This document shows positions 1-9,502 of a DNA stretch of 64,000 nt, in pieces (position 1 is the first letter of the stretch; the number at the start of each line of letters is the position of its first letter). The translations under genes and the position numbers were made by a program. Under the pieces are notes generated by a model. It worked only from the letters and a program-made list of their open reading frames with translations. It had not been told where the DNA came from and ran no database searches. The DNA comes from an uncultured Acidimicrobiia bacterium (lineage in GTDB: Bacteria > Actinomycetota > Acidimicrobiia > Spongiisociales > JAENVV01), in assembly GCA_965363765.1 (NCBI GenBank), contig CBDTUI010000004.1, positions 922 to 64,921 on the forward strand. The letters run 5' to 3'.

Positions 1-2
1 GG

Positions 3-1214
3 CTCAACGTCGAAGACCGGCAGCGCTGGCGCGAGAAGGCCGCCGCCGCCCGTATGCCCGCCATCGCGGTTGGGTTCGACACCGAAGCCAAGATCTGCAA
101 AGACCGCAACAAGCGACGCAGCCGCAGCATCCCCCCGAAGGTGCTCGACAGTCAGATCACCCGGTATGCCGAGACGCGTCCGCAACTCGACGCGGAGGGA
201 TTCGCGGCGGTGTACGGCGCCGACCATGTCATCCCGGTTGCGGCGGGGGCATGGGCAGCGGACCCGGTCACTCCAAACCGGCGTTTGCGCTTCGGACTCC
301 AGGTCTCCAACTTCGAGTGGGGCGACGTATCCACCCCCGACACGCTCGCCGCCATTGCTCACCGGGCGGAAGCAGCCGGGTTCGAAAGTCTGTGGGTCAT
401 GGACCACCTCCGGCAGATCCCACAGATTGGGCCCGCCTGGAATGACATGCTCGAGGCATACACGACCCTGGCGTGGCTGGCCGGGGTCACCGATACGATC
501 AGGCTCGGCACGCTGGTGACCGGGCTCACCTACCGAAACGTCGGACTGCTCGCCAAGATCATTGCAACGCTTGACGTTCTGTCTGGGGGGCGGGCAATTT
601 GTGGAATTGGTGCTGGCTGGTTCAAGCAGGAGCACGAGGCATTCGGCTACGAGTACCCGCCTGACCGAAAACGCCTCGACCTGCTCGAAGATGCGCTCCA
701 GGCACTCCCTATCTTGTGGGGTGCTGGCGCCAAGTCGTTCGAAGGGAAGGTCGTCAGCATTCCTGAAGCAATGGCGTACCCCCGCCCGACCCAGGAGCGG
801 ATACCAATCCTGGTGGGTGGCAGTGGCGAAAAGCGAACCCTCAAACTGGTCGCTCAGTTCGCCGACGCCTGCAATCTGATGGGCGATCCAGCCGAAGTGC
901 GACACAAGTTGTCGGTGCTGCATGCGCATTGTGAAGCCGCCGGGCGTGATCCATCAGATATTGACGTAACTCACCTCTCGCCAACATTCGTCTACAACAC
1001 GAAACAGGAGCTCGAAGCCGAGTCGGCCGCAATGGGGATCCCCAAAGACGTCCTACTCGGCCCATTCAGCGGCGGCACTGTCGCAGATAATGTGAACCGG
1101 TTCAGCGGCCTAGCCGAGGCGGGAGTCGACGTCGCCATCGTGGCGATCGCCAACCTTCACCGACCCGGATCTCTCGAAACCTTCGCCGAGGTAATCCAAA
1201 CATTTGAGCTTTGA
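3..1214 (+). CDS. Luciferase-like monooxygenase (LLM) family, probably F420-dependent oxidoreductase. The reading frame is open to the window start (no in-frame stop upstream of the first ATG at 54), so the gene may be 5'-truncated by the window or carry an N-terminal extension.
   Basis: LLM hallmarks: RFGLQVSNF...LWVMDHL, GIGAGW, IPILVGGSGEKRTLKLVAQFAD. About 90 N-terminal residues (KICKDRNKRRSRSIPPKVLDSQITRY...) lie outside the LLM fold. Confidence 0.7.
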   Translation, partial: LNVEDRQRWREKAAAARMPAIAVGFDTEAKICKDRNKRRSRSIPPKVLDSQITRYAETRPQLDAEGFAAVYGADHVIPVAAGAWAADPVTPNRRLRFGLQVSNFEWGDVSTPDTLAAIAHRAEAAGFESLWVMDHLRQIPQIGPAWNDMLEAYTTLAWLAGVTDTIRLGTLVTGLTYRNVGLLAKIIATLDVLSGGRAICGIGAGWFKQEHEAFGYEYPPDRKRLDLLEDALQALPILWGAGAKSFEGKVVSIPEAMAYPRPTQERIPILVGGSGEKRTLKLVAQFADACNLMGDPAEVRHKLSVLHAHCEAAGRDPSDIDVTHLSPTFVYNTKQELEAESAAMGIPKDVLLGPFSGGTVADNVNRFSGLAEAGVDVAIVAIANLHRPGSLETFAEVIQTFEL

Positions 1215-1724
1215 TCAACCGGCGATAGCGAACGTCACTCGTCGGTTGGCGGCCCGGCCTTCGTCGGTGCTGTTTGTAGCGATTGGGTCCGTGTCCCCGT
1301 AGCCAATCGAATCCAGCTCGTTGGCCACTCCAGCCGACAACAAGTACACGACCACCGCTTCGGCACGAGCCTCGCTGAGGGCGAGGTTGTACTCAGATTC
1401 GCCGGTTGAATCGGCGTGGCCAGCCACGACGATCGGATACGTCGGATAGTCGGACAGGTACGCCGCAATCACGTCGAGCCGTTGTAGAGCATCGGCTTCA
1501 AGTTCAGAACTGTTGTAGGCAAACAGCAGGTCGGTGCTCACCGAAAAATCGGCGAGCTGGGTTTTGACATCTGCTCGCTCTGGATCAAGCACCGGCGGGA
1601 GTTCTCCATTGACCACCCAGAAGACCCCGGTCAGCACAGCCAGGGCGATGAGAACGGCCAGTACCAAAACGACAAGACTGACAGCCCGCTTCTTAATCCA
1701 TCCGACCGCAGTCTGATACCTCAC
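1215..1724 (-). CDS. OmpA/MotB-family peptidoglycan-associated protein with an N-terminal TM helix. A probable GTG start at 1724 overlaps the upstream stop codon (GTGA).
   Basis: OmpA_C-like core LLFAYNSSEL...VVAGHADSTGESEYNLALSEARAEAVVVYL; hydrophobic segment AVSLVVLVLAVLIALAVL. Confidence 0.7.
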   Translation of the reverse strand: MRYQTAVGWIKKRAVSLVVLVLAVLIALAVLTGVFWVVNGELPPVLDPERADVKTQLADFSVSTDLLFAYNSSELEADALQRLDVIAAYLSDYPTYPIVVAGHADSTGESEYNLALSEARAEAVVVYLLSAGVANELDSIGYGDTDPIATNSTDEGRAANRRVTFAIAG

Positions 1725-2164
1725 GGCGCTCGACGAAACGTCAGGGTGGTTTTCTCGGTCTGCCACTGCATACGAATGTCACTCGAAAAGTGCACGTCCG
1801 CTCTCGCCAACACGTCCAATATGGAAGCCTCGAGACTGCTCGACTCCTCCGAACAAACGACCAACGAGGAATAGACGTTGGTCGTCGTCAAACTGGCCCC
1901 ATCAAGATCGTACTGACCAGAAATCTGATTGCACGGCCCGCTTCCCTCGAACCGGCCGTCTTGGCCAAAGTCAAACCAGGCGGGCACACCCAGATCGTTA
2001 TTGGCCGACAAGCCAGGATTGAGGTCCGAGAGTACGCCGTTGACGGCGACCGAATCCAACAGCCATACGCCCTCGATTCGATCGGCTCTATCGTTGGCGC
2101 AACTGGTCAATGTCAGCAGGGCAGCCAGGATCAACGCCACGTGTCTGAACAAGCTTTTGTTCAA
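1721..2164 (-). CDS. META/HslJ-like domain lipoprotein.
   Basis: Signal peptide with lipobox LTLTSCA; GVWLL...G.GPCN motif typical of the META (DUF306) domain. Confidence 0.55.
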   Translation of the reverse strand: MNKSLFRHVALILAALLTLTSCANDRADRIEGVWLLDSVAVNGVLSDLNPGLSANNDLGVPAWFDFGQDGRFEGSGPCNQISGQYDLDGASLTTTNVYSSLVVCSEESSSLEASILDVLARADVHFSSDIRMQWQTEKTTLTFRRAP

Positions 2165-4371
2165 CCGACCCTGACGAGTTCCACTGGAATTCCGTTCAAG
2201 CGGGCGTTGCCGGACAACGGATCAATCGCGGAACGGGCCGAGAGAATGTTGGAGTTTACGCCGGGACGGGTCGCAGCCACAGCGAGCCGGGCATCGGGAT
2301 CGTTATGGCCCCAACCGTGCGGAAGGGAGACAACACCCGGCATCATGTCCTCGGATAGTTCGACCGGGGCCAGAAGCTCGCCAGCTTCTGAACGGACCGT
2401 GACCGAGGAATCCGCCTCGACACCGAGGGATTCGGCATCGGCTGGGTGCATGAGAAGCGTGCATCGATCCTTGCCCTTCACGAGAACCTCAATGTTGTGC
2501 ATCCAGGAGTTATTCGAGCGCAGCTGACGGCGGCCGACAAGGAGGTAGGCACTGCGATCTGCCTTCAGGGTTGCTGCCAGCCGCGGGAGGTCTTCAACAA
2601 ACTGAGGTGGGGCCAAATGCACCAAGCCGTCAGTGTTATTCAACGCCAGCGGCAGGCGTGGTTCGAGCGGTCCGAGGTCGATGCCGTGCTGGTTATCGAT
2701 GAGCTTCTGCAGACTCAAACCTTCCGGATTGGAACCGAATCCGTCTCCGTATCGTCCGGTCCGGAGGCGAATATCGAGGATGCGTTGCGGGCCGGTGAAT
2801 CGGCAAACCTCATCCCAAGCAACAACTTGATCGGTCCCAAAAGCCGGCGAGGCCGGGTTGGTCAGCGCCTTCGCAAGAAGGGCGGCAGCTCCCGCCTCGT
2901 CCATCTGATCGGCGGACAGACCATTGCCTTGGATGGACGCGGCAAGCCTCAGCAGGATCTCCCATTCCGATGGATGATCGTGAGGCTTCTCGAAGGTCGG
3001 GGGTGAATAGTTGGCGGTATTCCGAACCATCAACGCAGTGAACGCCACATCAAAATGAGCTCGTTCCAGGACCGAAGGTGGGGGAAGTACGACATCGGCG
3101 TGGCGCGCCGTCTCGGTGAGATAGACGTCCACGGCCACCATGAAGTCGAGCTGTTCAAAGGCTGATTCAACCTTCGCCGAGTCGGGGATTGAGCGAGCCG
3201 GGTTTCCGCCAACCACCAGTAGGGCGCGCACCTGGCCATCCCCCGGAGTTTCGATCTCTTCGACGAGGGCAGCCGACGGCATCTCACCGCGTACTTCGGG
3301 ATGGTTCCCAACCCGCGACCGATACCGACCGGTCATGAACCCGCGACCGCCGGACTCGGACTTCGGAGTGACGATGGCGCTCATCGGAAACATCGCCCCG
3401 CCTGCGGAGTCGAGATTGCCGGAAACGATGTTCAAGAGATCTGCCAGCCAGGAGGCCAGTGTTCCGAACTCGGTCGTATGCGTTCCCATGCGACCGTAGG
3501 CGACCGCCGTCGGCGCAGCGCTGAACTCGGTCGCGATCCGTCGAGTCACTTCCGCCGGGATGCCGGTTACCCCGGCAACGGACTCGGCAGTAAACGGCGC
3601 CAGGGACCGCTTGGCCTCGCCAAGACCGACCATGAAATCCGGGAGTTCTGGCTCGGTTGTGCTGAGAACGGTCGTGATCAACGCTGCCAGCCAGGCACTA
3701 TCCGTTCCGGGGCGGATGAAAAGGTGCTCGTCAGAGGCTTTGGCGGTCTTCGATCGGCGAGGGTCGACCGTGACGATCTTTCCGCCCCGCTCCCGAATCG
3801 CATCCATGCGCCCCGGCCAATCGGGCGCTGTTGCCAGGGAACCGTTCGACTCATGCGGGTCGGCACCGAGCATCAGCAGGTAGTCGGTCCGATCAATGTC
3901 GGGGACCGGGATGAGATCCGGGTTACCGAACATGGCTCCGCATGAAACATGCTTCGGCATCTGATCGACGGTCGAGGCCGAGAAGACATTCGGGCTGCCA
4001 AGCGCCTTGAGCAACGGCCGGAGATACAGACTGCCGGCCAGATTATGGACATTCGGGTTTCCGACATAGGCAGCAGCTGCGGACGGTCCGTGTTCGTCGA
4101 TGACCCGTCGAAGTCCCGCTCCGGCAGCGGCAATGGCTTCATCCCATTCGACTTCGACGAATACGCCTTCCTTATTGATGAGCGGCTTGCGTAGCCGATC
4201 GGGATCCTCATGCAGACGGCCCAACGTGGTGCCCTTCGGGCAGATGAATCCTCTAGAGAAGACGTCGGCTTTGTCCCCTCGAATCACCTTGACTGATCCA
4301 TCTTCGATCGTGAGCTCTAACCCACAGGTAGCTTCACATAGCGGGCAGGTCCGAATCGAAGTGGTGGTCAT
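2161..4371 (-). CDS. Molybdopterin-dependent oxidoreductase (MopB superfamily, FdhF-like). The likely start is MTTTS; the longer ORF extends to 4401.
   Basis: N-terminal 4Fe-4S motif CPLCEATCG...CPKG; length about 740 aa; conserved MopB blocks (VVLPP, GGNP). Confidence 0.7.
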   Translation of the reverse strand: MTTTSIRTCPLCEATCGLELTIEDGSVKVIRGDKADVFSRGFICPKGTTLGRLHEDPDRLRKPLINKEGVFVEVEWDEAIAAAGAGLRRVIDEHGPSAAAAYVGNPNVHNLAGSLYLRPLLKALGSPNVFSASTVDQMPKHVSCGAMFGNPDLIPVPDIDRTDYLLMLGADPHESNGSLATAPDWPGRMDAIRERGGKIVTVDPRRSKTAKASDEHLFIRPGTDSAWLAALITTVLSTTEPELPDFMVGLGEAKRSLAPFTAESVAGVTGIPAEVTRRIATEFSAAPTAVAYGRMGTHTTEFGTLASWLADLLNIVSGNLDSAGGAMFPMSAIVTPKSESGGRGFMTGRYRSRVGNHPEVRGEMPSAALVEEIETPGDGQVRALLVVGGNPARSIPDSAKVESAFEQLDFMVAVDVYLTETARHADVVLPPPSVLERAHFDVAFTALMVRNTANYSPPTFEKPHDHPSEWEILLRLAASIQGNGLSADQMDEAGAAALLAKALTNPASPAFGTDQVVAWDEVCRFTGPQRILDIRLRTGRYGDGFGSNPEGLSLQKLIDNQHGIDLGPLEPRLPLALNNTDGLVHLAPPQFVEDLPRLAATLKADRSAYLLVGRRQLRSNNSWMHNIEVLVKGKDRCTLLMHPADAESLGVEADSSVTVRSEAGELLAPVELSEDMMPGVVSLPHGWGHNDPDARLAVAATRPGVNSNILSARSAIDPLSGNARLNGIPVELVRVG

Positions 4372-4443
4372 ACGGCAACGGTAGCGAGAAGTGGCGCCCA
4401 ACGCCGCTTGTTCTTAGGGCCCCAGCACCCGATAATGGGTGCG

Positions 4444-4467
4444 GGAACCCAGGGTTGAACCCAGGGT
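4444..4467. repeat. Perfect tandem duplication of the 12-bp palindromic unit GAACCCAGGGTT, in the divergent intergenic region between the MopB gene and an LLM gene.
   Basis: Read directly: cgggAACCCAGGGTTGAACCCAGGGTTgca. Each unit is AACCC-A-GGGTT. Confidence 0.8.
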
Positions 4468-4499
4468 TGCAGCAGTGGGTGGGTTGGTAGGGTGGCGGC

Positions 4500-5354
4500 A
4501 TGGATTTTGGCGTCTCTATTTTCCCGACCGACACAACTATGCAGCCGATCGAACTGGCCAAAAAGGCGGAGGAGCTTGGCTTCGAGTCACTCTGGTTCCC
4601 CGAACACAGCCACATTCCGACAGATCGCACCACCCCATGGGGCGGCCGGGTAGGCGCTCCGCCGCTCCCCGAGCAGTATTGGCGAACCCATGATCAGTTC
4701 GTCGCCCTCGCTGCGGCGGCGGCATCCACGACCACGCTCAGGCTGGGAACTGGAATCACCCTTGTCGCCCAGCGCGACCCGATCTGGCTGGCCAAGGAGG
4801 TCGCGTCGCTCGACATGATCTCGAACGGGCGACTGCTCTTCGGCATCGGATACGGCTGGAACAAGGAGGAGATGGGCCACCACGGGGTTCGCTACACCGA
4901 GCGTCGCGACGTAGTGCGAGAAAAGATCCTGGCGATGAAGGAACTGTGGACCAAGGACGAAGCGTCCTTCCACGGCTACCACGTCGACTTCTCGTCCAGT
5001 TGGTCGTGGCCAAAGCCGGTTACCAAGCCCCACCCGCCGGTGATACTCGGCTCGTCGGGCGGTCCCAAGACGTTCGCGCACATCATCGAGTTCTGCGACG
5101 GATGGATGCCGATCGCCAGCCGGACTCCAATTCTCGAACAGGTAACGTTGCTCCGACAGGCCGCTACCGATGCCGGCCGGGATCCGTCCACAATCGAACT
5201 CGGCGTCTTCCAGGTCCGGCCAGAAGCACAATATATCGAGCCGCTCATCGATGCAGGGTTCGCACGGGCAGTCGCTGGTCTTCCCCAGGGCGAACCAGCC
5301 GAGGTTGCAGAGGCTCTTGAGAATTTAGCCAACCTCACAAGCGCGTATCGCTAG
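4500..5354 (+). CDS. LLM class F420-dependent oxidoreductase.
   Basis: LGFESLWFPEH, TTTLRLGTGITL, GYGWN, PVILGSSG motifs. Confidence 0.75.
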   Translation: MDFGVSIFPTDTTMQPIELAKKAEELGFESLWFPEHSHIPTDRTTPWGGRVGAPPLPEQYWRTHDQFVALAAAAASTTTLRLGTGITLVAQRDPIWLAKEVASLDMISNGRLLFGIGYGWNKEEMGHHGVRYTERRDVVREKILAMKELWTKDEASFHGYHVDFSSSWSWPKPVTKPHPPVILGSSGGPKTFAHIIEFCDGWMPIASRTPILEQVTLLRQAATDAGRDPSTIELGVFQVRPEAQYIEPLIDAGFARAVAGLPQGEPAEVAEALENLANLTSAYR

Positions 5355-5363
5355 CCTAGGAAC

Positions 5364-5765
5364 ATGACGACGTTTGACGACATACTTGCCGACCATACGT
5401 CGGCTATCGCCGTCATCGGAGCTACCGACGATCCCTTCAAGTTCGGCGGGAAGATTTACCGGGACCTGAAACGGAAGGGTTACCGGGTGTTTGCCGTCAA
5501 CCCAACCCGCCAATCCGTCGACGGGGATCCAGTTTTCGCCACCCTTGCCGACCTTCCGGAACCACCAGACATCATCGACGTCGTGGTTCCACCCGAGGTA
5601 GGCATCACCATCGCCGAGGAGGCAAATCAGCTCGGCTACAAACGGATCTGGTACCAGCCGGGCAGCGAGAGTGCCGCCATCGTCGAATACCTGGATGCGA
5701 ACGATTTCGAGTACCTGGCCGGCCCGTGCATCATGGTCGAGAGCCGGGCATTTCCAGCCCCGTAG
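5364..5765 (+). CDS. CoA-binding domain protein (YccU-like).
   Basis: IAVIGATDDPFKFGGKIYRDLKRKGYRVFAVNP typical of the CoA_binding_2 family. Confidence 0.65.
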   Translation: MTTFDDILADHTSAIAVIGATDDPFKFGGKIYRDLKRKGYRVFAVNPTRQSVDGDPVFATLADLPEPPDIIDVVVPPEVGITIAEEANQLGYKRIWYQPGSESAAIVEYLDANDFEYLAGPCIMVESRAFPAP

Positions 5766-5845
5766 CAATGATCCGCCGCTCAATTTGGGCGAGCCCGGTC
5801 AGGACTTCTGTTCCCTTTGGCAGTCCTCACCCCTAAGATCGGATC

Positions 5846-7420
5846 GTGAGCTCAGACGACGATCGCATCGTTCTCGAGGACCAACCAGAGCGTCCCGCCG
5901 CCAAGATCGGGACCCTCGTTGCGGCAGGCGCCGCCGTCATCGTGGCCATGGCGCTTCTGGGTTCGGTTGGATCACCGGTCGATGTTCCATCAGACTCACT
6001 CCCGGACCTGACCGCCCCTGCCCAGCAACCCCTCGCAATAATGCCCCACCTGGTCGGCTACGACCTCATCGACGTAGTCGATCTCCTCCGAGATGCGGGA
6101 CTCGACTCGAGCATCGTCAGCCAGGCCAAGTGGCTTGCCAACCCCGACCCGGAAGTACCTGCCGGAGTGGCTTATATGCAATCGCCACTCCCTGGAACTG
6201 AGGTATTCGACATCAACGAGGTCACTCTGGTGATGAGTGCGGGCGGACCCGTCATCAGCTGGGACGATGTGCCCCTCGACTTACAGGAACTGGTGGGTAC
6301 CCAGTACACCCCTGACCGGTCTGAACCGGTCCTTATCGTCGAAACGAGCTCTGGCCGTGTCTACAAAACAGACGATCTTCTTTTCGGACCATGCAACGCA
6401 GTCGAGCTGGCCCAGAACGCTTTCTACGACCGGGCCTTCAATGGCCTGTGTCAGGTCGGCCCACCCGAAACCGTCGTGGGATGGACCCCAAATGGGGGCC
6501 TCTTCGCCATCGAAGGACTCCCGCGCCAGGGTCACAAATCATCGGCGACGCTGCTCCAATTCGACAACGAATTCTGGGACGTCCAGTCGGTGGTTGGGAC
6601 CGTTCGCCGCCAGCCTTCGGTGACTGTCGAAAGTAACGGGATTCGGATCGTGGGAGGCTACGACAAGTACTTTATCTGGACGGGGGGCCGAACCGAACTG
6701 GCTGACGAGATCGCCGCCCTCATTGAACCTGTCGACATTCGCGGGAACCTGGTCCTCAGTTTGACCGAGCCTTTGAAGTTCGCGACGGGCGGAACAGCCG
6801 AGTCGGACTTCGGGAGCGCCATCGTACGGTTTGACAATGCGGACATTATTGCCCGCCAGGACGAGTCGTACGTGACGATTAGTCCGGCCTTCGTGGACTC
6901 CACCCAGGCGACGGTACTGTCGCCCACCCGCTGGTCATCCAGGGGATCGAACGATGGTGAGTGGCAACACGCCCTGCCCGAATCCTGGGCGTCACTCGAG
7001 CTTTCAGAACGGGACCTGATCACCGCCACCACCTTCACCCCGGACGATTCGCTCGATCGGTGTGGCATCTATCCGCTAGGACTGCTTGGCCAGCTTGGCC
7101 CCACCGACGCCCTGGTATCGGTCGCCTATGGAGAATCCACAGACTTCAGCGTGTGGCTCACCCATTTCGATCAGGAAGATGTCGGCCCGGTATCTGCGCT
7201 CGACCCGGATCTCGATTGCCTGGAACGGCTCGGTTATATCGTCGGCTCCCCCCTGTCAATCGATGCGGAAATCAGAACGAGTAGCCGGTTCTTCAATGGC
7301 CGGTCCGTCGATATTGTGATCGGGTTCGGCCCGGATGTCGACGACCAGACCCGCCAGCAAGCCTTCGCGATCCTCGACAGTCTCGAGCCTCTCCCGATTT
7401 ACCGAGCGTCTGGCGAATAA
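5846..7420 (+). CDS. Membrane-anchored protein with one PASTA-like domain followed by a large extracytoplasmic region of about 400 aa with no recognised domain.
   Basis: TM helix IGTLVAAGAAVIVAMALLG. PASTA-like pattern PHLVGYDLIDVVDLLRDAGL...VAYMQSPLPGTEVFDINEVTLVMSAG. Confidence 0.5.
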   Translation: MSSDDDRIVLEDQPERPAAKIGTLVAAGAAVIVAMALLGSVGSPVDVPSDSLPDLTAPAQQPLAIMPHLVGYDLIDVVDLLRDAGLDSSIVSQAKWLANPDPEVPAGVAYMQSPLPGTEVFDINEVTLVMSAGGPVISWDDVPLDLQELVGTQYTPDRSEPVLIVETSSGRVYKTDDLLFGPCNAVELAQNAFYDRAFNGLCQVGPPETVVGWTPNGGLFAIEGLPRQGHKSSATLLQFDNEFWDVQSVVGTVRRQPSVTVESNGIRIVGGYDKYFIWTGGRTELADEIAALIEPVDIRGNLVLSLTEPLKFATGGTAESDFGSAIVRFDNADIIARQDESYVTISPAFVDSTQATVLSPTRWSSRGSNDGEWQHALPESWASLELSERDLITATTFTPDDSLDRCGIYPLGLLGQLGPTDALVSVAYGESTDFSVWLTHFDQEDVGPVSALDPDLDCLERLGYIVGSPLSIDAEIRTSSRFFNGRSVDIVIGFGPDVDDQTRQQAFAILDSLEPLPIYRASGE

Positions 7421-7610
7421 TCGGTAGAGAACGGGCGAACATACAATCGCCTTAATGTCTCGTGGCTTAGAAATCATTTACGAGGAAGAACCCGAGACCT
7501 CGTGGCGCTTGGATCCGACGTCAGCAATGTGACCCGCGACCAAGGCAGTCGCGATTCTTGCCTCGTTCGAGCCGGTCCCGAGTTACAGGAACCATGAAGC
7601 TGGCTGACTT

Positions 7611-9410
7611 CTAGAAGGCCTCGTCTGGCATCGACATAAGCGATCCGTCTTCGGCTTCGGCAGCCGCCCGGCGGGCCGCAACATTGGGAAGTGCGTCCCG
7701 CACGAAGAACCGGGCACTGGCGACTTTGCCTTCGTAGAAGAAGACGTCATCGCCGGTGGCGGTCGGCAACTTGGCAGCGGCGATCTCGGCATGGCGCAAC
7801 AGCAGCCAGCCGATAATGACCTCAGACAGCGAGTTGAGTAGGCCGTCAAGATGTAACCCGGCTTTGTAGATCTCAGGCCGATCCTGCATAGACGCCATCA
7901 GGTGCCCAACCAGGACTCCCAACTGCCCCTGCACGTCGTCAAGTGCCTTGCCGAGTAGTTCGCGCTCAGATCCGAGGACGTCGTCGTCGCCGCCTGCCTT
8001 GACGAACTCAGCAATCTGGCTCGCAATCCGCGTGAGGGTCGCTCCTTGATCGCGGGCGATCTTTCGGAAGAACAGGTCCATCGCCTGGATGCCAGTTGTG
8101 CCCTCGTAGACGGAGTCGATCTTGGCGTCACGGATGTATTGCTCAATGGGATAGTCCATCGTGAATCCTGACCCGCCGAACACCTGCAACGACGTGGAGA
8201 GCAGCTCGTAAGCCTTTTCTGACGAATAGCCTTTCACAAGCGGCAGCAACAGGTCGTTGAGCGCCTCAAGGTATTCGTCCTCTGGGTGGAGGATGATCTG
8301 ATCTTGCACCCAGGCGGTGTACATCACCAGGGCTCGGAGACCCTCTGAGTACGCCTTTTGGAGCATGAGCATTCGCCGCACATTGGGATGACGAATGATT
8401 TCGACCCGGGGAGCAGTCTTATCGGTGGCCATGGCGAGATCGGGGCCTTGCACCCGCTCCTTGGCGTAGGCGAGTGCGTTGAGGTAACCGGTCGACAAGG
8501 TGGCGGCAGATTTGGTGCCGATGAGCATGCGAGCATGTTCGATGACCCGGAACATCTGACGAATACCGTCGTGCTTTGAACCGACCAGCCATCCATAGGC
8601 GGGCGTGTCAACCCCAAAACTCAACTCGCAGGTAGTTGATCCCTTGATACCCATCTTCTTTTCGATGTTGGTGGCAAAGACCCCATTGCGGTCACCGAGC
8701 GAACCGTCATCATTGATGAGGAACTTGGGAACCATGAATAGCGAGAGACCTTTGGTTCCGGGACCGGCACCCTCCGGCCTGGCAAGCACCAGATGGATGA
8801 TGTTTTCGGCATGATCAAACTCACCAGACGTGATGAACCGCTTGACACCGTCGATGCGATACATGTCGCCTTCGAGTTGGGTTGCCTTGGTCGTGCCGGC
8901 ACCAACATCGGATCCGGCGTCAGGCTCGGTCAGAACCATCGTGCCGCCCCAGTTGCGGTCAAGCATATAGTGCGCGATTCGCCGCTGGTCGGCTGTTCCT
9001 TCGTCGAAAAGTACCCGCGCCATCAGCTCACCGGACGCATAGAAGTAGGCGGTCGGTTGCGAACCGGTCAGTAGCTCAAGGGTGGCAATAACTACCGAAG
9101 GTGGGGCGCCGGCACCGTCCAGTTCAACCGGCATCGACAAACGACCCCAGCCCGCTTCGCGATATGCGTCGATCGATTTCTTCATCGCGTCCGGAAGAAC
9201 CACCTCGCCATCGACCAGCTTCAACTCAGTGCGATCAGCGGCGATGAAAGAATCACCCCAAGGACCAACGGCGAGCCGTTCGACCTCGCGGAGAATCATG
9301 CGGGCCGTGTCCTCGTCCATGCCGCCAAACGTCTCAACGTACTCGGTGATCGGGTTCGCCTCAAAAAGGTTGAACTCCTGATCTCGCAGGTTGGCTTTGT
9401 AATGGCTCAT
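7611..9410 (-). CDS. Acyl-CoA dehydrogenase, long form (about 600 aa) with a C-terminal extension.
   Basis: ACAD N, middle and C-terminal blocks (GGTMVLTEPDAGSD, YEGTTGIQAMD). Confidence 0.8.
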   Translation of the reverse strand: MSHYKANLRDQEFNLFEANPITEYVETFGGMDEDTARMILREVERLAVGPWGDSFIAADRTELKLVDGEVVLPDAMKKSIDAYREAGWGRLSMPVELDGAGAPPSVVIATLELLTGSQPTAYFYASGELMARVLFDEGTADQRRIAHYMLDRNWGGTMVLTEPDAGSDVGAGTTKATQLEGDMYRIDGVKRFITSGEFDHAENIIHLVLARPEGAGPGTKGLSLFMVPKFLINDDGSLGDRNGVFATNIEKKMGIKGSTTCELSFGVDTPAYGWLVGSKHDGIRQMFRVIEHARMLIGTKSAATLSTGYLNALAYAKERVQGPDLAMATDKTAPRVEIIRHPNVRRMLMLQKAYSEGLRALVMYTAWVQDQIILHPEDEYLEALNDLLLPLVKGYSSEKAYELLSTSLQVFGGSGFTMDYPIEQYIRDAKIDSVYEGTTGIQAMDLFFRKIARDQGATLTRIASQIAEFVKAGGDDDVLGSERELLGKALDDVQGQLGVLVGHLMASMQDRPEIYKAGLHLDGLLNSLSEVIIGWLLLRHAEIAAAKLPTATGDDVFFYEGKVASARFFVRDALPNVAARRAAAEAEDGSLMSMPDEAF

Positions 9411-9449
9411 GTACAGCCTTCAGCTCGTCGATGGGGCAATTTTTAGTAT

Positions 9450-9502
9450 ACACTCAATTTTATAATAACACTCAAATTTAGCTGGAGACTCAAAATTGTC
9501 TC
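9450..9502. promoter_or_regulatory. Candidate operator array. Three ACTCAA(A/T)(A/T)TT repeats are phased at exactly 18 bp (9452, 9470, 9488). The last is embedded in the inverted repeat GAGAC-N8-GTCTC. The site lies in the AT-rich divergent region between the acyl-CoA dehydrogenase and TetR genes.
   Basis: Read directly: tatACACTCAATTTTAtaatAACACTCAAATTTAgctgGAGACTCAAAATTGTCTC. Confidence 0.5.

Noticed and set aside
2446-4384. Several 100-200 aa plus-strand ORFs inside the FdhF-like gene
   Set aside because: All are antisense to a conserved 740-aa molybdopterin oxidoreductase. Arg/Pro-rich composition is typical of high-GC off-frame ORFs.
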